NCBI GenBank assembly: GCA_965219955.1
Contig: OZ244799.1
Location: forward strand, 1-64,000
Direction of reading: 5' to 3'
DNA from: a bacterium
GTDB lineage: Bacteria > UBA8248
DNA: 64,000 nucleotides
Of this stretch, positions 38,442 through 46,855 are shown piece by piece. A program made the translations under genes and the position numbers. Within the stretch, counting starts at the first letter, position 1, and every line of letters starts with the position of its first letter. The notes below the pieces were generated by a model. That model had not been told where the DNA came from and did no database searches. It saw only the letters and a program-made list of their open reading frames with translations.

Positions 38442-39500
38442 ATGAAAAAAATGTTCCGCACTTTCATGATCCTCGCTTCCGTCGTCACGTTCATGTTCGT
38501 GTCGATGGCGGCGACCCCGGACGCCGATGCCCGGGTGAAGGCGAAGAAGAAATACAAGATCGCTGTCGTCGTGCCCAATGGAGTCGACCCCTATTTCTTC
38601 TCGAAATGGTACGGAAGCGTACAGGCGGCCAAGGAAGCCGGCGTGACCGTGACCATGTTCGACGCGGGCGGCTATGAGTTCCTGCCCAAACAGGTGGCCC
38701 ACGTGGAAGACATCATCGCGGCGAAATACGACGGAATGATCATCTGCCCCATCAGTACCAAGGGCATGGTGAACGCCGTCCATAAGGCGATGGACAAAGG
38801 CGTCAAGATCGTCGTGGACAACATCGACCTCGACAGCAATCGCGTCAAGAACCGCGTCATGAAAAACAGCTACGAGCTGGGCCTTCTCATCGGCGCTACC
38901 ATGGCGCACGCCATCAACTACCAGGGCAAAGTCATGATGCTGCCCGGACCCAGCGGCATCGAGATGGTGACCTCCATGGCCAAAGGGTTTGAGGAGTACA
39001 TGAGCCACTACCCGAAAATCAAGATTGTGGCCAAGGAATTCACCAAGTCCAACGTGCAGCATGCATACCAGACGGCGGAAGACCTGCTTAAGAAACATCC
39101 GGATGTGAAAGGCATTTACCCCTGGGCAACGCTCATTGCCCGCGGCACGGTGGACGCCGTGAAAGCCGCCGGTTACAAGCCCGGTCAGATCAAGATCGTG
39201 ACGCACAACCTCGTCGTCGGAATCGAAAAAGACATTCGTGACGGCTGGGTGCACGCGGCGGTCTTGGCCGAGCAGATCGCGATGGCGAGAGAAGCTGTTT
39301 TCAACGTAATCGATCTCATCGAAGGACGCCAGCCTCCGGGCGCGCCCCATCGCGGCGGAACGCTCAGCTATATCCAGAATTACATGGCCTATAAGCACAA
39401 CCTCGACATTCTGGATCGAAGCGGCATCGAGGCGCCCAAAGATTGGATGATCAAGCGCCAGAAACGCGCGGCGAACATCGTGGGCGGAAAACGCCGTTAA
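38442..39500 (+). CDS. Sugar ABC transporter periplasmic binding protein
   Basis: Signal peptide, IAVVVP..DPYF, AAKEAGV, DGMIICP, EDLLKKHPDVKGI. Confidence 0.88.
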   Translation: MKKMFRTFMILASVVTFMFVSMAATPDADARVKAKKKYKIAVVVPNGVDPYFFSKWYGSVQAAKEAGVTVTMFDAGGYEFLPKQVAHVEDIIAAKYDGMIICPISTKGMVNAVHKAMDKGVKIVVDNIDLDSNRVKNRVMKNSYELGLLIGATMAHAINYQGKVMMLPGPSGIEMVTSMAKGFEEYMSHYPKIKIVAKEFTKSNVQHAYQTAEDLLKKHPDVKGIYPWATLIARGTVDAVKAAGYKPGQIKIVTHNLVVGIEKDIRDGWVHAAVLAEQIAMAREAVFNVIDLIEGRQPPGAPHRGGTLSYIQNYMAYKHNLDILDRSGIEAPKDWMIKRQKRAANIVGGKRR

Positions 39501-39523
39501 GTATCATCCCGCCACTGAACACC

Positions 39524-39556
39524 AAAAGCCCCGCCGGGCAACCGGCGGGGTTTTTT
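39524..39556. terminator. Bidirectional intrinsic terminator between convergent genes
   Basis: aaaagccccgccgg-gcaa-ccggcggggtttttt. Confidence 0.85.
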
Positions 39557-39576
39557 CATAAACCACCTTGTCTCGC

Positions 39577-40659
39577 CTACAACCCCTTCACGTATATGCT
39601 GAGCCCCATCCGCCCCGTCGACCCACCGGGTTGCGGATCGGAAATCTCATCCGTCTGCACTTTTCCTGCGCCATCCACGGCTCGCACCGTCGCCGGATAA
39701 AACCCGTTTTCCTCAAAATGCATGGGAAACGCCCAGACGCTCCAGGCGAGCGGCCCCAGGGGCTTTTTGAGCAGTGCAGGCGCCCAGGACCGCAAACGCT
39801 CACCCTGCCCATAGGTTACTTCCACCTTGCGGATTCCCCTGTCCCCGGCGAAAGCCGAGCCCACGAGCCACACCTTGGAAGTCCGGACCTCAACACGCCT
39901 CCTGGGGGCTTCGAAGCGGCTGAGCGTCTCGACGATTGCCTCATCCGACCACCCCCGCTTTTGCCAATACCCGCCATGTCCCCTGGTCGCAACCTCAATG
40001 GATTCAATCCACTTCACGTTCTTGAGGCCGTAGGTCCCCGGCACGAGGAGCCTGAGCGGAGCGCCGTGGTCTCTTGGCAAGGATTCCCCGTTCATCCTGG
40101 TGCACAGAAGCGTTCTCGAATCGAGGGCCTGCTCCAGGGAGATGGAATCATGATACCCGTCCGCCGCGCGAAAAATCACCCGGGCGGAGACAGAGCGGCG
40201 CACGTTTTTCGCCACGCCCGCCCGCTCGATGAGCGTTGTAAGCGGTATCCCTTCCCACAAGGCGTTCCCTATCTGCCCGCCGCCCACGGGGTTCCCGATG
40301 CAGGTCATCGTCGCCCAGGTTCGCTCCTGCCCGAGCGCGCTCAATTCCGCATAAGTAGCGGAAAAAGGCTCTGTTACCTCGCCCGTTATTTTCAGCCGCC
40401 ATTTACCGCGGGAGAGCCTGGGTGCCGAATGGCCGATGCTTTGCACATAAAATTTATCGTTCGCGGTGACTTCGGGAACGACGCGCGCGGCGAAATCGAG
40501 AATTCCCTCACCGGGCCCGGGCGTCTCGACGGGGCGGCTGTTCAGCCAATCGAACAGGCGGCCCGCCATCGAGGCCTGAGCGTCGCGCGGGATTCCGATG
40601 ACGGCGAGGGGCGCGATTCGCCCCGCAATCCGCAATAGCTGGCGTCTGGATACGTTCAT
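39577..40659 (-). CDS. Sulfite-oxidase-family molybdopterin oxidoreductase with Tat-type leader
   Basis: SRRQLL twin-arginine motif; WRLKITG, TMTCIGN (Mo-ligand Cys), MNGE.LP.DHG.PLRL.VPG.YG.KNVKW, GYWQKRGW. Confidence 0.88.
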   Translation of the reverse strand: MNVSRRQLLRIAGRIAPLAVIGIPRDAQASMAGRLFDWLNSRPVETPGPGEGILDFAARVVPEVTANDKFYVQSIGHSAPRLSRGKWRLKITGEVTEPFSATYAELSALGQERTWATMTCIGNPVGGGQIGNALWEGIPLTTLIERAGVAKNVRRSVSARVIFRAADGYHDSISLEQALDSRTLLCTRMNGESLPRDHGAPLRLLVPGTYGLKNVKWIESIEVATRGHGGYWQKRGWSDEAIVETLSRFEAPRRRVEVRTSKVWLVGSAFAGDRGIRKVEVTYGQGERLRSWAPALLKKPLGPLAWSVWAFPMHFEENGFYPATVRAVDGAGKVQTDEISDPQPGGSTGRMGLSIYVKGL

Positions 40660-41145
40660 GGCGCTTCTCCAGGAGAAAACCACCCCCGATTCTACGATAA
40701 AACCGCCGATTCACGAAATTTCCGCCCCTCACCCCCGCATCTTCCCGCAAATCCGCGCATTTTCCGTCATCGCAAGCGTAGCGCGCCGTGGCATTATTCC
40801 CCTGCACCCGGATTCCGCGGCGTCAAACCCTAAGAAAATAATTCCCGGAAATACCCCGTCAATTTATCGAAAAACCCCGTGAATTTATCCAATTTTATCG
40901 AAATTTACGGAAATTCCATTTTCTCGAACGAAACCGCCCGGCTTCGCCATCATACCGGAATCCCCCGAATCCGCGCGGACGGCAGATGCGGGCAAATGCG
41001 GGTTGTCTCGAACGGGATGCAGGGAATTTCGTCCGGACCCCGGGAGGAAGTGATGAACGCTCCGCCGCAAATGCGGGGAAATGCGCGCCCCCGTGCGAGG
41101 GATGAAGACCCGGCCGGAGGGTGCGGAATCGAACCCGGCCGATGC

Positions 41146-41240
41146 GGGGTTGTTGAAAACGCCTCCTTTTCAGGGCGAGAGCCTGCGCCGCCGCTTAAAC
41201 CCCCACCCCCTCCTCAAGGGGGCTTTTTCAGAAGTCCCGT
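41146..41240. mobile_element. Short IS1182-end MITE
   Basis: atgc|ggggttgttgaaaacgcc...ggctttttcagaagtcccgt|atgc. Confidence 0.55.
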
Positions 41241-41411
41241 ATGCGGCTTCGACATTCCTCGCCGCTCCGGATGAAGCGTTCGTGAACGACCCCCCTGACC
41301 CGGGCTGTCGCCGGCCCGTGGGCAGGCGACCCTCACCCGGCCGGTCTCGGGGTTTTCATCCATGACCCCGAGAATCACCGGCGCGACTCGCGCGTCCGGC
41401 CGCCCCCTGGC

Positions 41412-42197
41412 CTAGAAGGCGTAGCGCAGGGAAACCCATACGCCGTGGCCGGTGAGGCGCGCGCGCGTTTCGCCGATGAGGATCGAGAGGTCGCGGTCGG
41501 GGCGCAGGACGCGGATGTCCCCCTGGGCGGTCTCCACGTCGCCCGAATCCATGTAGCGCCAGGCGACGTCGAGGGTGAGCCGCTCTGTGAGCGGTTTGGC
41601 GACGCCCGCCGAGGCGGTCCAGGCGAAGTTGAGGCTTCGCCCGCCCGGGACGGCGGTCGTCTGCGAGAGGCCCGGAAAGCGCATGAGCGTCCGGCCGATG
41701 CGCACGTACGACAGGCCTCCGCCCAGCCCGATGAACGGGCGCAGGCCGCCGATTCGCGGGAGGTCCAAATAAGCCGTGAGGATGGCCGAGGTCGCCGAGA
41801 GGTCGGCGGTGACGGACTGGCTGCCCGGCGTCCGGCGGTAGTTGGCGTCGCCCTCGAAGGCGAGCTTGGGGCGATATTCGAGGGCGGCCTCGAGGCGCAG
41901 GTCGGGTGCGACGGCGCGGCCCAGGCCGAGGGAGAAGCCCGCCCCGGCGCCGAAGTCGCCTACCGTCTGCGTCGGCTTTCCGTCGATGCCGGTTGCGGCG
42001 CCGTAGAGGGCGGCGACGTCATCGCGCGTGGGGTCGGCGTCGCGAAAGCGCGTCTCCCGCGTCCAGTCGACGCCCAGGCCGGCGCGGACGTAGAACCCCT
42101 CCGCGCAGGCGGAGACGGGGGAAAGCAGGAGCGCCGCCAGCAAGAGCGGGAGAATCATCCGCCGCCACAGCGCGGCGCCTGGGATGCGGTTCGGCAT
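41412..42197 (-). CDS. Outer-membrane beta-barrel protein (opacity/porin-like)
   Basis: Signal peptide, GFYVRAG, LRLE..LEYR, YLD...PFIGLG, NFAW, LDVAWRY, C-terminal LRYAF. Confidence 0.85.
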   Translation of the reverse strand: MPNRIPGAALWRRMILPLLLAALLLSPVSACAEGFYVRAGLGVDWTRETRFRDADPTRDDVAALYGAATGIDGKPTQTVGDFGAGAGFSLGLGRAVAPDLRLEAALEYRPKLAFEGDANYRRTPGSQSVTADLSATSAILTAYLDLPRIGGLRPFIGLGGGLSYVRIGRTLMRFPGLSQTTAVPGGRSLNFAWTASAGVAKPLTERLTLDVAWRYMDSGDVETAQGDIRVLRPDRDLSILIGETRARLTGHGVWVSLRYAF

Positions 42198-42286
42198 GGG
42201 AGTTCCCCTCGGGCGCGAAGGGTCTTGGCGCGGCCCCCGGGGGGCCGCCGTCTTCCGGGAACCTATTACGGACTCCGCCGCCCGTC

Positions 42287-43240
42287 AATCGGGGGCCTCT
42301 CGATACGGCCCGGCTCTCCCTTCGGTCGGACAGGGCCTACTCGGGATGAGGGGGAAGGTGTGGCGGGTTCGCCGATTCGGAATAAGGAGAGTGTGTTCGC
42401 CTTGCCCGGTATCCTTCCTCACCCTGAGTAGCCGCCGGAGGCGGCGTATCGAAGGGGGCAATCATTCCCCCTTAAGGGCTGTTGAAAAAGCCTCCCTCAG
42501 GGGATAAAGGCAACCCCCCCTACCCCCCCCTTGTCAGGGGGGTATGAAAAGGCGACGCCTGCCGCTGGTAGAGGGGCTTTTGTTTTTTTTGCCCCCCTGA
42601 CAAGGGGGGGTAGGGGGGGTTGCCCGAAGCGGCGAGAAGCAAGAGAAACACTACCCCCTCCTTGGTCAGCTACGTACGCCGAATCGTGAAATCAGGACTT
42701 TTTCAATGACCCCTCAAGGGAGAAGTGGTTGGTTGACGTTCTGCAAAGGGGGGAGGTAGGGACAGGTCGCGACCTGTCCTTCGAGGCGGTACGGTTTTGT
42801 TCGTCATTCCGGCGAAAGCCGGAATCTATTTTCGCCTTTGCCTTTTCGCTTCCTCGCTCGGAGGTCTTTATTCCCGGGCGGGGAGGATCAGAATCGAACA
42901 CAAAAACGAAAGGCGAATTCTCTGAATTCCGCATCCGGACGCCGCGCAACAACAAGGTCGTGGCCCCCTGCCCGGTGAAGAGTCAAAATGGATTCCGGCT
43001 TTTGCCGGAATGACGGCAGTGGTGAAATCCAAGCGAGAAGGACTTTTTCAACAACCCCGCATGCGGCCCCTGCGTTCCGTAGGGGGCGTTCGTGAACGCC
43101 CCTGCTTGCCCGCCGCGCGTGGATGGGCGATAGTCGGCGTCTTGTGGAGGAACTGCTCCCTCATCCCGAGCAGGCCCGCAAGGGCCGTATCGAGGGAGCA
43201 CCCTTCGATACGCCGCCTTCGGCGCCTACTCAGGGTGAGG
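42287..43240. repeat. Cluster of several REP families plus a MITE (42476-42713) and an orphan IS1182-type right end (43041-43058)
   Basis: ctcaccctgagtagccgcc..gtatcgaaggg, gtagggacaggtcgcgacctgtcc, cgtcattccggcgaaagccggaatc and inverse, gtagggggcgttcgtgaacgcccc, G/C-rich inverted repeat 42509-42624. Confidence 0.8.
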
Positions 43241-43316
43241 TCGATGCGGCGTCTGCGTCATCGGCCTGCTGCACATCGTTTCACGCGGTTATGCGTACGA
43301 GGGACAGGAGAACGTC

Positions 43317-43610
43317 ATGTCGAACGGGGACGCCGAGGCGCTCTTGAGCGATGAGGAACTCTACGATCGCGCCGATGCGGAGGGAGGCGAGTCCTTTCCC
43401 GCCGAGGTCGTAGACCGCCTTCTGGCCGGTCAGAATCCCATCCGCGTCTACCGGGATCATCGCGGCATGACGCAGGGCGCTCTGGCCGCCGCAGCCGGTA
43501 TCCACCCGGTCTACCTCTCCCAAATCGAGAGGGGAAGGCGAACCGGCTCGGCGAGAACGCTCGCCGCCATCGCCGAAGCCCTGGGCGTCACCGTGGACGA
43601 CCTGATCTAG
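43317..43610 (+). CDS. XRE-family HTH protein (antitoxin-like)
   Basis: PAEVVDRLL.G.NPIRVYR..RGMTQ..LA..AGI...YLSQIE.G.R.G. Confidence 0.85.
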   Translation: MSNGDAEALLSDEELYDRADAEGGESFPAEVVDRLLAGQNPIRVYRDHRGMTQGALAAAAGIHPVYLSQIERGRRTGSARTLAAIAEALGVTVDDLI

Positions 43611-43626
43611 GCGGGTGATGTATCCC

Positions 43627-43654
43627 GTAGGGGTTGTTCGCGAACAACCCCTAC
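43627..43654. repeat. Perfect GTAG-type palindrome
   Basis: gtaggggttgttcgcgaacaacccctac, between convergent stop codons. Confidence 0.8.
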
Positions 43655-43668
43655 AATTCCATCTGCTC

Positions 43669-44361
43669 CTACGACGGGCTATCGCCAGTCCATGGTTTGC
43701 CACCAATCCGAGGGAAAGCGATCTTTCCCCAATCGTAATCAAGGTTTGCATCCATGATCTTTAGAATCACCGGAACGATTTTTGCCATTATGCAGCCGCC
43801 ATCCTTAATTTGAATCCATCCCCATCCATTTTTGCCACAAGTTACGCCTCCGTGGAAAACTTGGTTGCGCAATTGGTATAGACGCTCGAAAACTATGTTG
43901 AATACCTTGTCTACTTCATTATTGTTCGTTAATTTGTTATCCAAGGCGTTTAATGCCGAGTTGTTTTCTCGATCAAATTGCTCACTCCAGTTGTCATCTT
44001 GTTTGTCTCGCACGTATTTCCAGAACGGTTTATATACATGACGGTTTGTCAAAAAATTCCGGATTGGTTTTCGCTCTAAATCCTTATCATCCAAATCTAG
44101 GAAACTTTCTCCTATATCGTTCTGCTTATCGTATTTTCTGATCTTTCTTAAAAAACTTTTGAACTTCGCTGTTTCAACCTCATTCGCATCAGTTCCTTCA
44201 ACGCCGTAGGCTGCGTTGAACGCAATCCACAGACAAATGAATTTCTCTTCGTCGTACTTGGTAGCTTCACTCTTCCTTAGCCAACTAAGTGCCCTATCGA
44301 TTCGGTGTTTATTGTCCTTGTTGTGTTCGCTTTGAGGTATCTCGTCGCTGGTTCGGGTCAT
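43669..44361 (-). CDS. HEPN-domain protein (putative RNase)
   Basis: RIDRALSWL, FICLWIAFNAAY and YQLRNQVFHG (R-x4-H HEPN motif); AT-rich; ATG44361 with AAAGGA RBS. Confidence 0.8.
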   Translation of the reverse strand: MTRTSDEIPQSEHNKDNKHRIDRALSWLRKSEATKYDEEKFICLWIAFNAAYGVEGTDANEVETAKFKSFLRKIRKYDKQNDIGESFLDLDDKDLERKPIRNFLTNRHVYKPFWKYVRDKQDDNWSEQFDRENNSALNALDNKLTNNNEVDKVFNIVFERLYQLRNQVFHGGVTCGKNGWGWIQIKDGGCIMAKIVPVILKIMDANLDYDWGKIAFPRIGGKPWTGDSPS

Positions 44362-44398
44362 CGCATGAGTCCTTTGATTGTTTGATATCGTCGGATTA

Positions 44399-44486
44399 CA
44401 AAAAGCGACCTCCCCGACTACTCCGGCTTCCATCGCTGGAGGCTGGAGAGGACCCCTTGGGTCCTTGTCATCGGGGAGGAACCTTT
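44399..44486 (-). ncRNA. Putative DUF3800-associated structured RNA, copy 1
   Basis: 88-bp unit, 87/88 identical to 45331-45418; three-way junction with GCGA tetraloop and 3' U5 on the minus strand. Confidence 0.7.
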
Positions 44487-44501
44487 GGAACGTGGCTCGG
44501 C

Positions 44502-44530
44502 AATATACCCCAATAGACCTGCGAATTCTA
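44502..44530 (-). promoter_or_regulatory. Sigma70-like promoter for RNA copy 1
   Basis: Minus strand TAGAAT-17nt-TATATT. Confidence 0.55.
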
Positions 44531-44646
44531 TAAACACGCTGGCCTCGACCTTGCCTGACGCGCATGGATGGGCGATATTTGATGCCCGCGACATTTACAT
44601 GTAAACGCCGCCTTGACCTATCCTTAATTTCTGTAAATAGGACGAT

Positions 44647-45318
44647 ATGAGCCGTTGCGCCTACATTTTTCTTGACGAGGCGGGCAATCTCGATTTCAGC
44701 CACAAAGGAACGCGCTACTTCGTGCTGACGAGCGTCAGCATGCGTCGACCGTTTCCGGTCTATGGGGTGCTTAATGACTACAAACTTGATTGTCTCGAAT
44801 ACGGATTGGACATGGAGTATTTCCACTGCGCCGATGACAACAGGCATGTGCGCAATGGTGTGTTCAACCTGATCACCGAGCATCTTGGAGGCATGCGTAA
44901 CATGCGCATCGATTCTCTGGTGGTCGAGAAGCGCAAGACTGGTCCGGCGCTGCAGGAGGACAGGCGTTTTTATCCGAAGATGATCGGCTACCTGTTGAAA
45001 TTCGTGTTGCCCAGAGAGTTGAATACAAATGCTGAAGAGGTCATCGTAATTACCGATAAAATTCCAGTTAACAGAAAGCGGCAAGCCGTCGAGAAAGGAA
45101 CTCGCCTTGCGTTGACCGAGATGTTGCCACAGGGAATGAAATACCGGATTCTGCATCACGAATCGCGTTCGCATTATGGACTACAGGTGGCGGACTACTG
45201 TTGCTGGGCGGTATTCCAGAAATGGAATAGAAATAAAATGCACTTTTATGATCGTATCAAGAGAGCAGTGCGCAGCGAGTTCGATATTTTTCGCGTAGGA
45301 AAGAGGTATTACTATTGA
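44647..45318 (+). CDS. DUF3800-family protein (RNase H-like fold)
   Basis: N-terminal YIFLDEAGN..F....YFVL, FH, and C-terminal SRSHYGLQVADYCCWA; the DE.G and Q.AD signatures of DUF3800. Confidence 0.85.
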   Translation: MSRCAYIFLDEAGNLDFSHKGTRYFVLTSVSMRRPFPVYGVLNDYKLDCLEYGLDMEYFHCADDNRHVRNGVFNLITEHLGGMRNMRIDSLVVEKRKTGPALQEDRRFYPKMIGYLLKFVLPRELNTNAEEVIVITDKIPVNRKRQAVEKGTRLALTEMLPQGMKYRILHHESRSHYGLQVADYCCWAVFQKWNRNKMHFYDRIKRAVRSEFDIFRVGKRYYY

Positions 45319-45330
45319 TGATCGAGATGC

Positions 45331-45418
45331 CAAAAAGCGACCTCCCCGACTACTCCGGCTTCCATTGCTGGAGGCTGGAGAGGACCCCTTGGGTCCTTGT
45401 CATCGGGGAGGAACCTTT
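45331..45418 (-). ncRNA. Putative DUF3800-associated structured RNA, copy 2
   Basis: 88-bp unit 12 bp past the DUF3800 stop; the single change versus copy 1 turns loop GCGA into GCAA (both GNRA). Confidence 0.7.
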
Positions 45419-45436
45419 TCATCAACTTCGGTATCA

Positions 45437-45465
45437 AATATAACCGCTTCAGTTTCAAAATTCAA
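45437..45465 (-). promoter_or_regulatory. Sigma70-like promoter for RNA copy 2
   Basis: Minus strand TTGAAT-17nt-TATATT. Confidence 0.65.
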
Positions 45466-45638
45466 GCATTATTTTTCACTATACGACAATCCCGCAAGGC
45501 AGTGTTTAGAAGCGCCCCCAGATTCGCGCATGCACATGCTTGAATGACGCGCGCGGATGCGCGATATTCCACGCTTTGAATAAGAGGCAGACCCGCCGAT
45601 GCGGCGGGTAATTCATTCAGGAAAGGGAGAAGAGACAC

Positions 45639-46355
45639 ATGACGTATTTCTATAAAACGGACGAGATGGCGAAGAACCTGGCGGGCGCGGCCTACAGCTC
45701 GGCGGCGGGCGCGTGGGTGACGGGCGAGCGGCTCATATTCGGCAAGATGCGCATGCCCGCCGGCACCCACTCGGAAGCGCACGCCCACGCGAACGAGCAG
45801 TTCGGCTACTGCCTGGCAGGCAGTTCCCGCCTGAACATAGAAGGCGATGTTCACGTATTAACGCCCGGCGACATCGCCTACCGGCCTGCGAACGCCGTGC
45901 ACGCGGCCGAGATACTGGGCGATACGGATTACGAGTTCATCGTGGCGAAAGACACGGCAACGACGATAGAGGGCACGCCCACCGAGATGAAGAAAACCGC
46001 CGATCACGTTCCCTACTTCTACGACACCGAGGCGATGGAAAAGGGCCTGGCGGGCGAGGCCTACAGCCCGACCGAGGGCGTCTGGGTGACGGGCGAGCGA
46101 ATCATCTTCGGGAAGATGCGCATTCCCGCAGGAGCGAAGGCGGAACCGCATTCCCACCCCAACGAGCAGTTCGCCATCGTCCTGTCCGGCGCTTGCCGCG
46201 CGACCATCGGCGGCGAGACCGCTACGGTCACCGCGGGCGACATCATCCACATGCCGGCGGACGTCGTCCACTCGGTCGAAATCGTCGGCGATGAGGACTA
46301 CGTCTTCGTGACGGCCAAGGACACCTCCTGGGGGATTCAGGGGATCAAGGCGTGA
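45639..46355 (+). CDS. Bicupin protein (two tandem cupin domains)
   Basis: Two H.H.NEQ...G and PA.(V/A).H motif sets. Confidence 0.85.
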   Translation: MTYFYKTDEMAKNLAGAAYSSAAGAWVTGERLIFGKMRMPAGTHSEAHAHANEQFGYCLAGSSRLNIEGDVHVLTPGDIAYRPANAVHAAEILGDTDYEFIVAKDTATTIEGTPTEMKKTADHVPYFYDTEAMEKGLAGEAYSPTEGVWVTGERIIFGKMRIPAGAKAEPHSHPNEQFAIVLSGACRATIGGETATVTAGDIIHMPADVVHSVEIVGDEDYVFVTAKDTSWGIQGIKA

Positions 46356-46390
46356 GTGCTTTGCTATTCAAGGGATAGGTTTATTGCGGG

Positions 46391-46855
46391 TTATGCGCGA
46401 AGCGCCTGCGTTAATGGGGAGCCGCATTTGATCAATCGCAAGGCTTCGGTTTGCTCGCGAAAACGAACCTTGCTTTTGAGCGCAGTCCGTTCCGCTTTCG
46501 GAATTCCCTTGTAGGCAAGAACGGGACGAAAATTGACCTTTGCGTTTTGAGGAACAATCTCTTCCGCCACGCGGGCGCCTGCTCGAAGCTGTTTTATGGC
46601 TTGACTGGCGTCCACGCTGCCGCTTTTCAGTTCCAGCGGCGCGACCCAGGCTGACTCGTCGTTATCTTCGGCGATGAACAGGAAATCGCAGCGCGTATCA
46701 CTCTGTCCGAGCGGAGAACCGGGTTTATCGAAGTCGATGATCAAGCGAGTGCTTGGAGCATCTTTGAGGGATATGCCGCACCCGGGCCTTCTGCATCTTT
46801 GTGTGAGGCAATCGGGGGAAACTCCAGCGCTAACTTCACTTACCAGTCCCGTCAC
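46391..46855 (-). CDS. Hypothetical protein, possible PD-(D/E)xK nuclease
   Basis: RCDFL...PLELKSG...QL pattern; ATGA overlap with the upstream ATPase. Confidence 0.55.
   Translation of the reverse strand: MTGLVSEVSAGVSPDCLTQRCRRPGCGISLKDAPSTRLIIDFDKPGSPLGQSDTRCDFLFIAEDNDESAWVAPLELKSGSVDASQAIKQLRAGARVAEEIVPQNAKVNFRPVLAYKGIPKAERTALKSKVRFREQTEALRLIKCGSPLTQALRA

Noticed and set aside
43669-45174. 501-aa ORF as a single long HEPN protein
   Set aside because: The N-terminal ~270 aa are antisense to the well-formed DUF3800 gene and run through the structured repeat; recognisable HEPN sequence starts at ATG44361 with its own RBS
44399-45418. 88-bp direct repeats as a CRISPR array or hammerhead ribozyme
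   Set aside because: Only two units ~930 bp apart with a gene between them, too long for CRISPR repeats, and no cas genes; CCGAUGAC is not CUGAUGA and there is no correctly placed GAAA core
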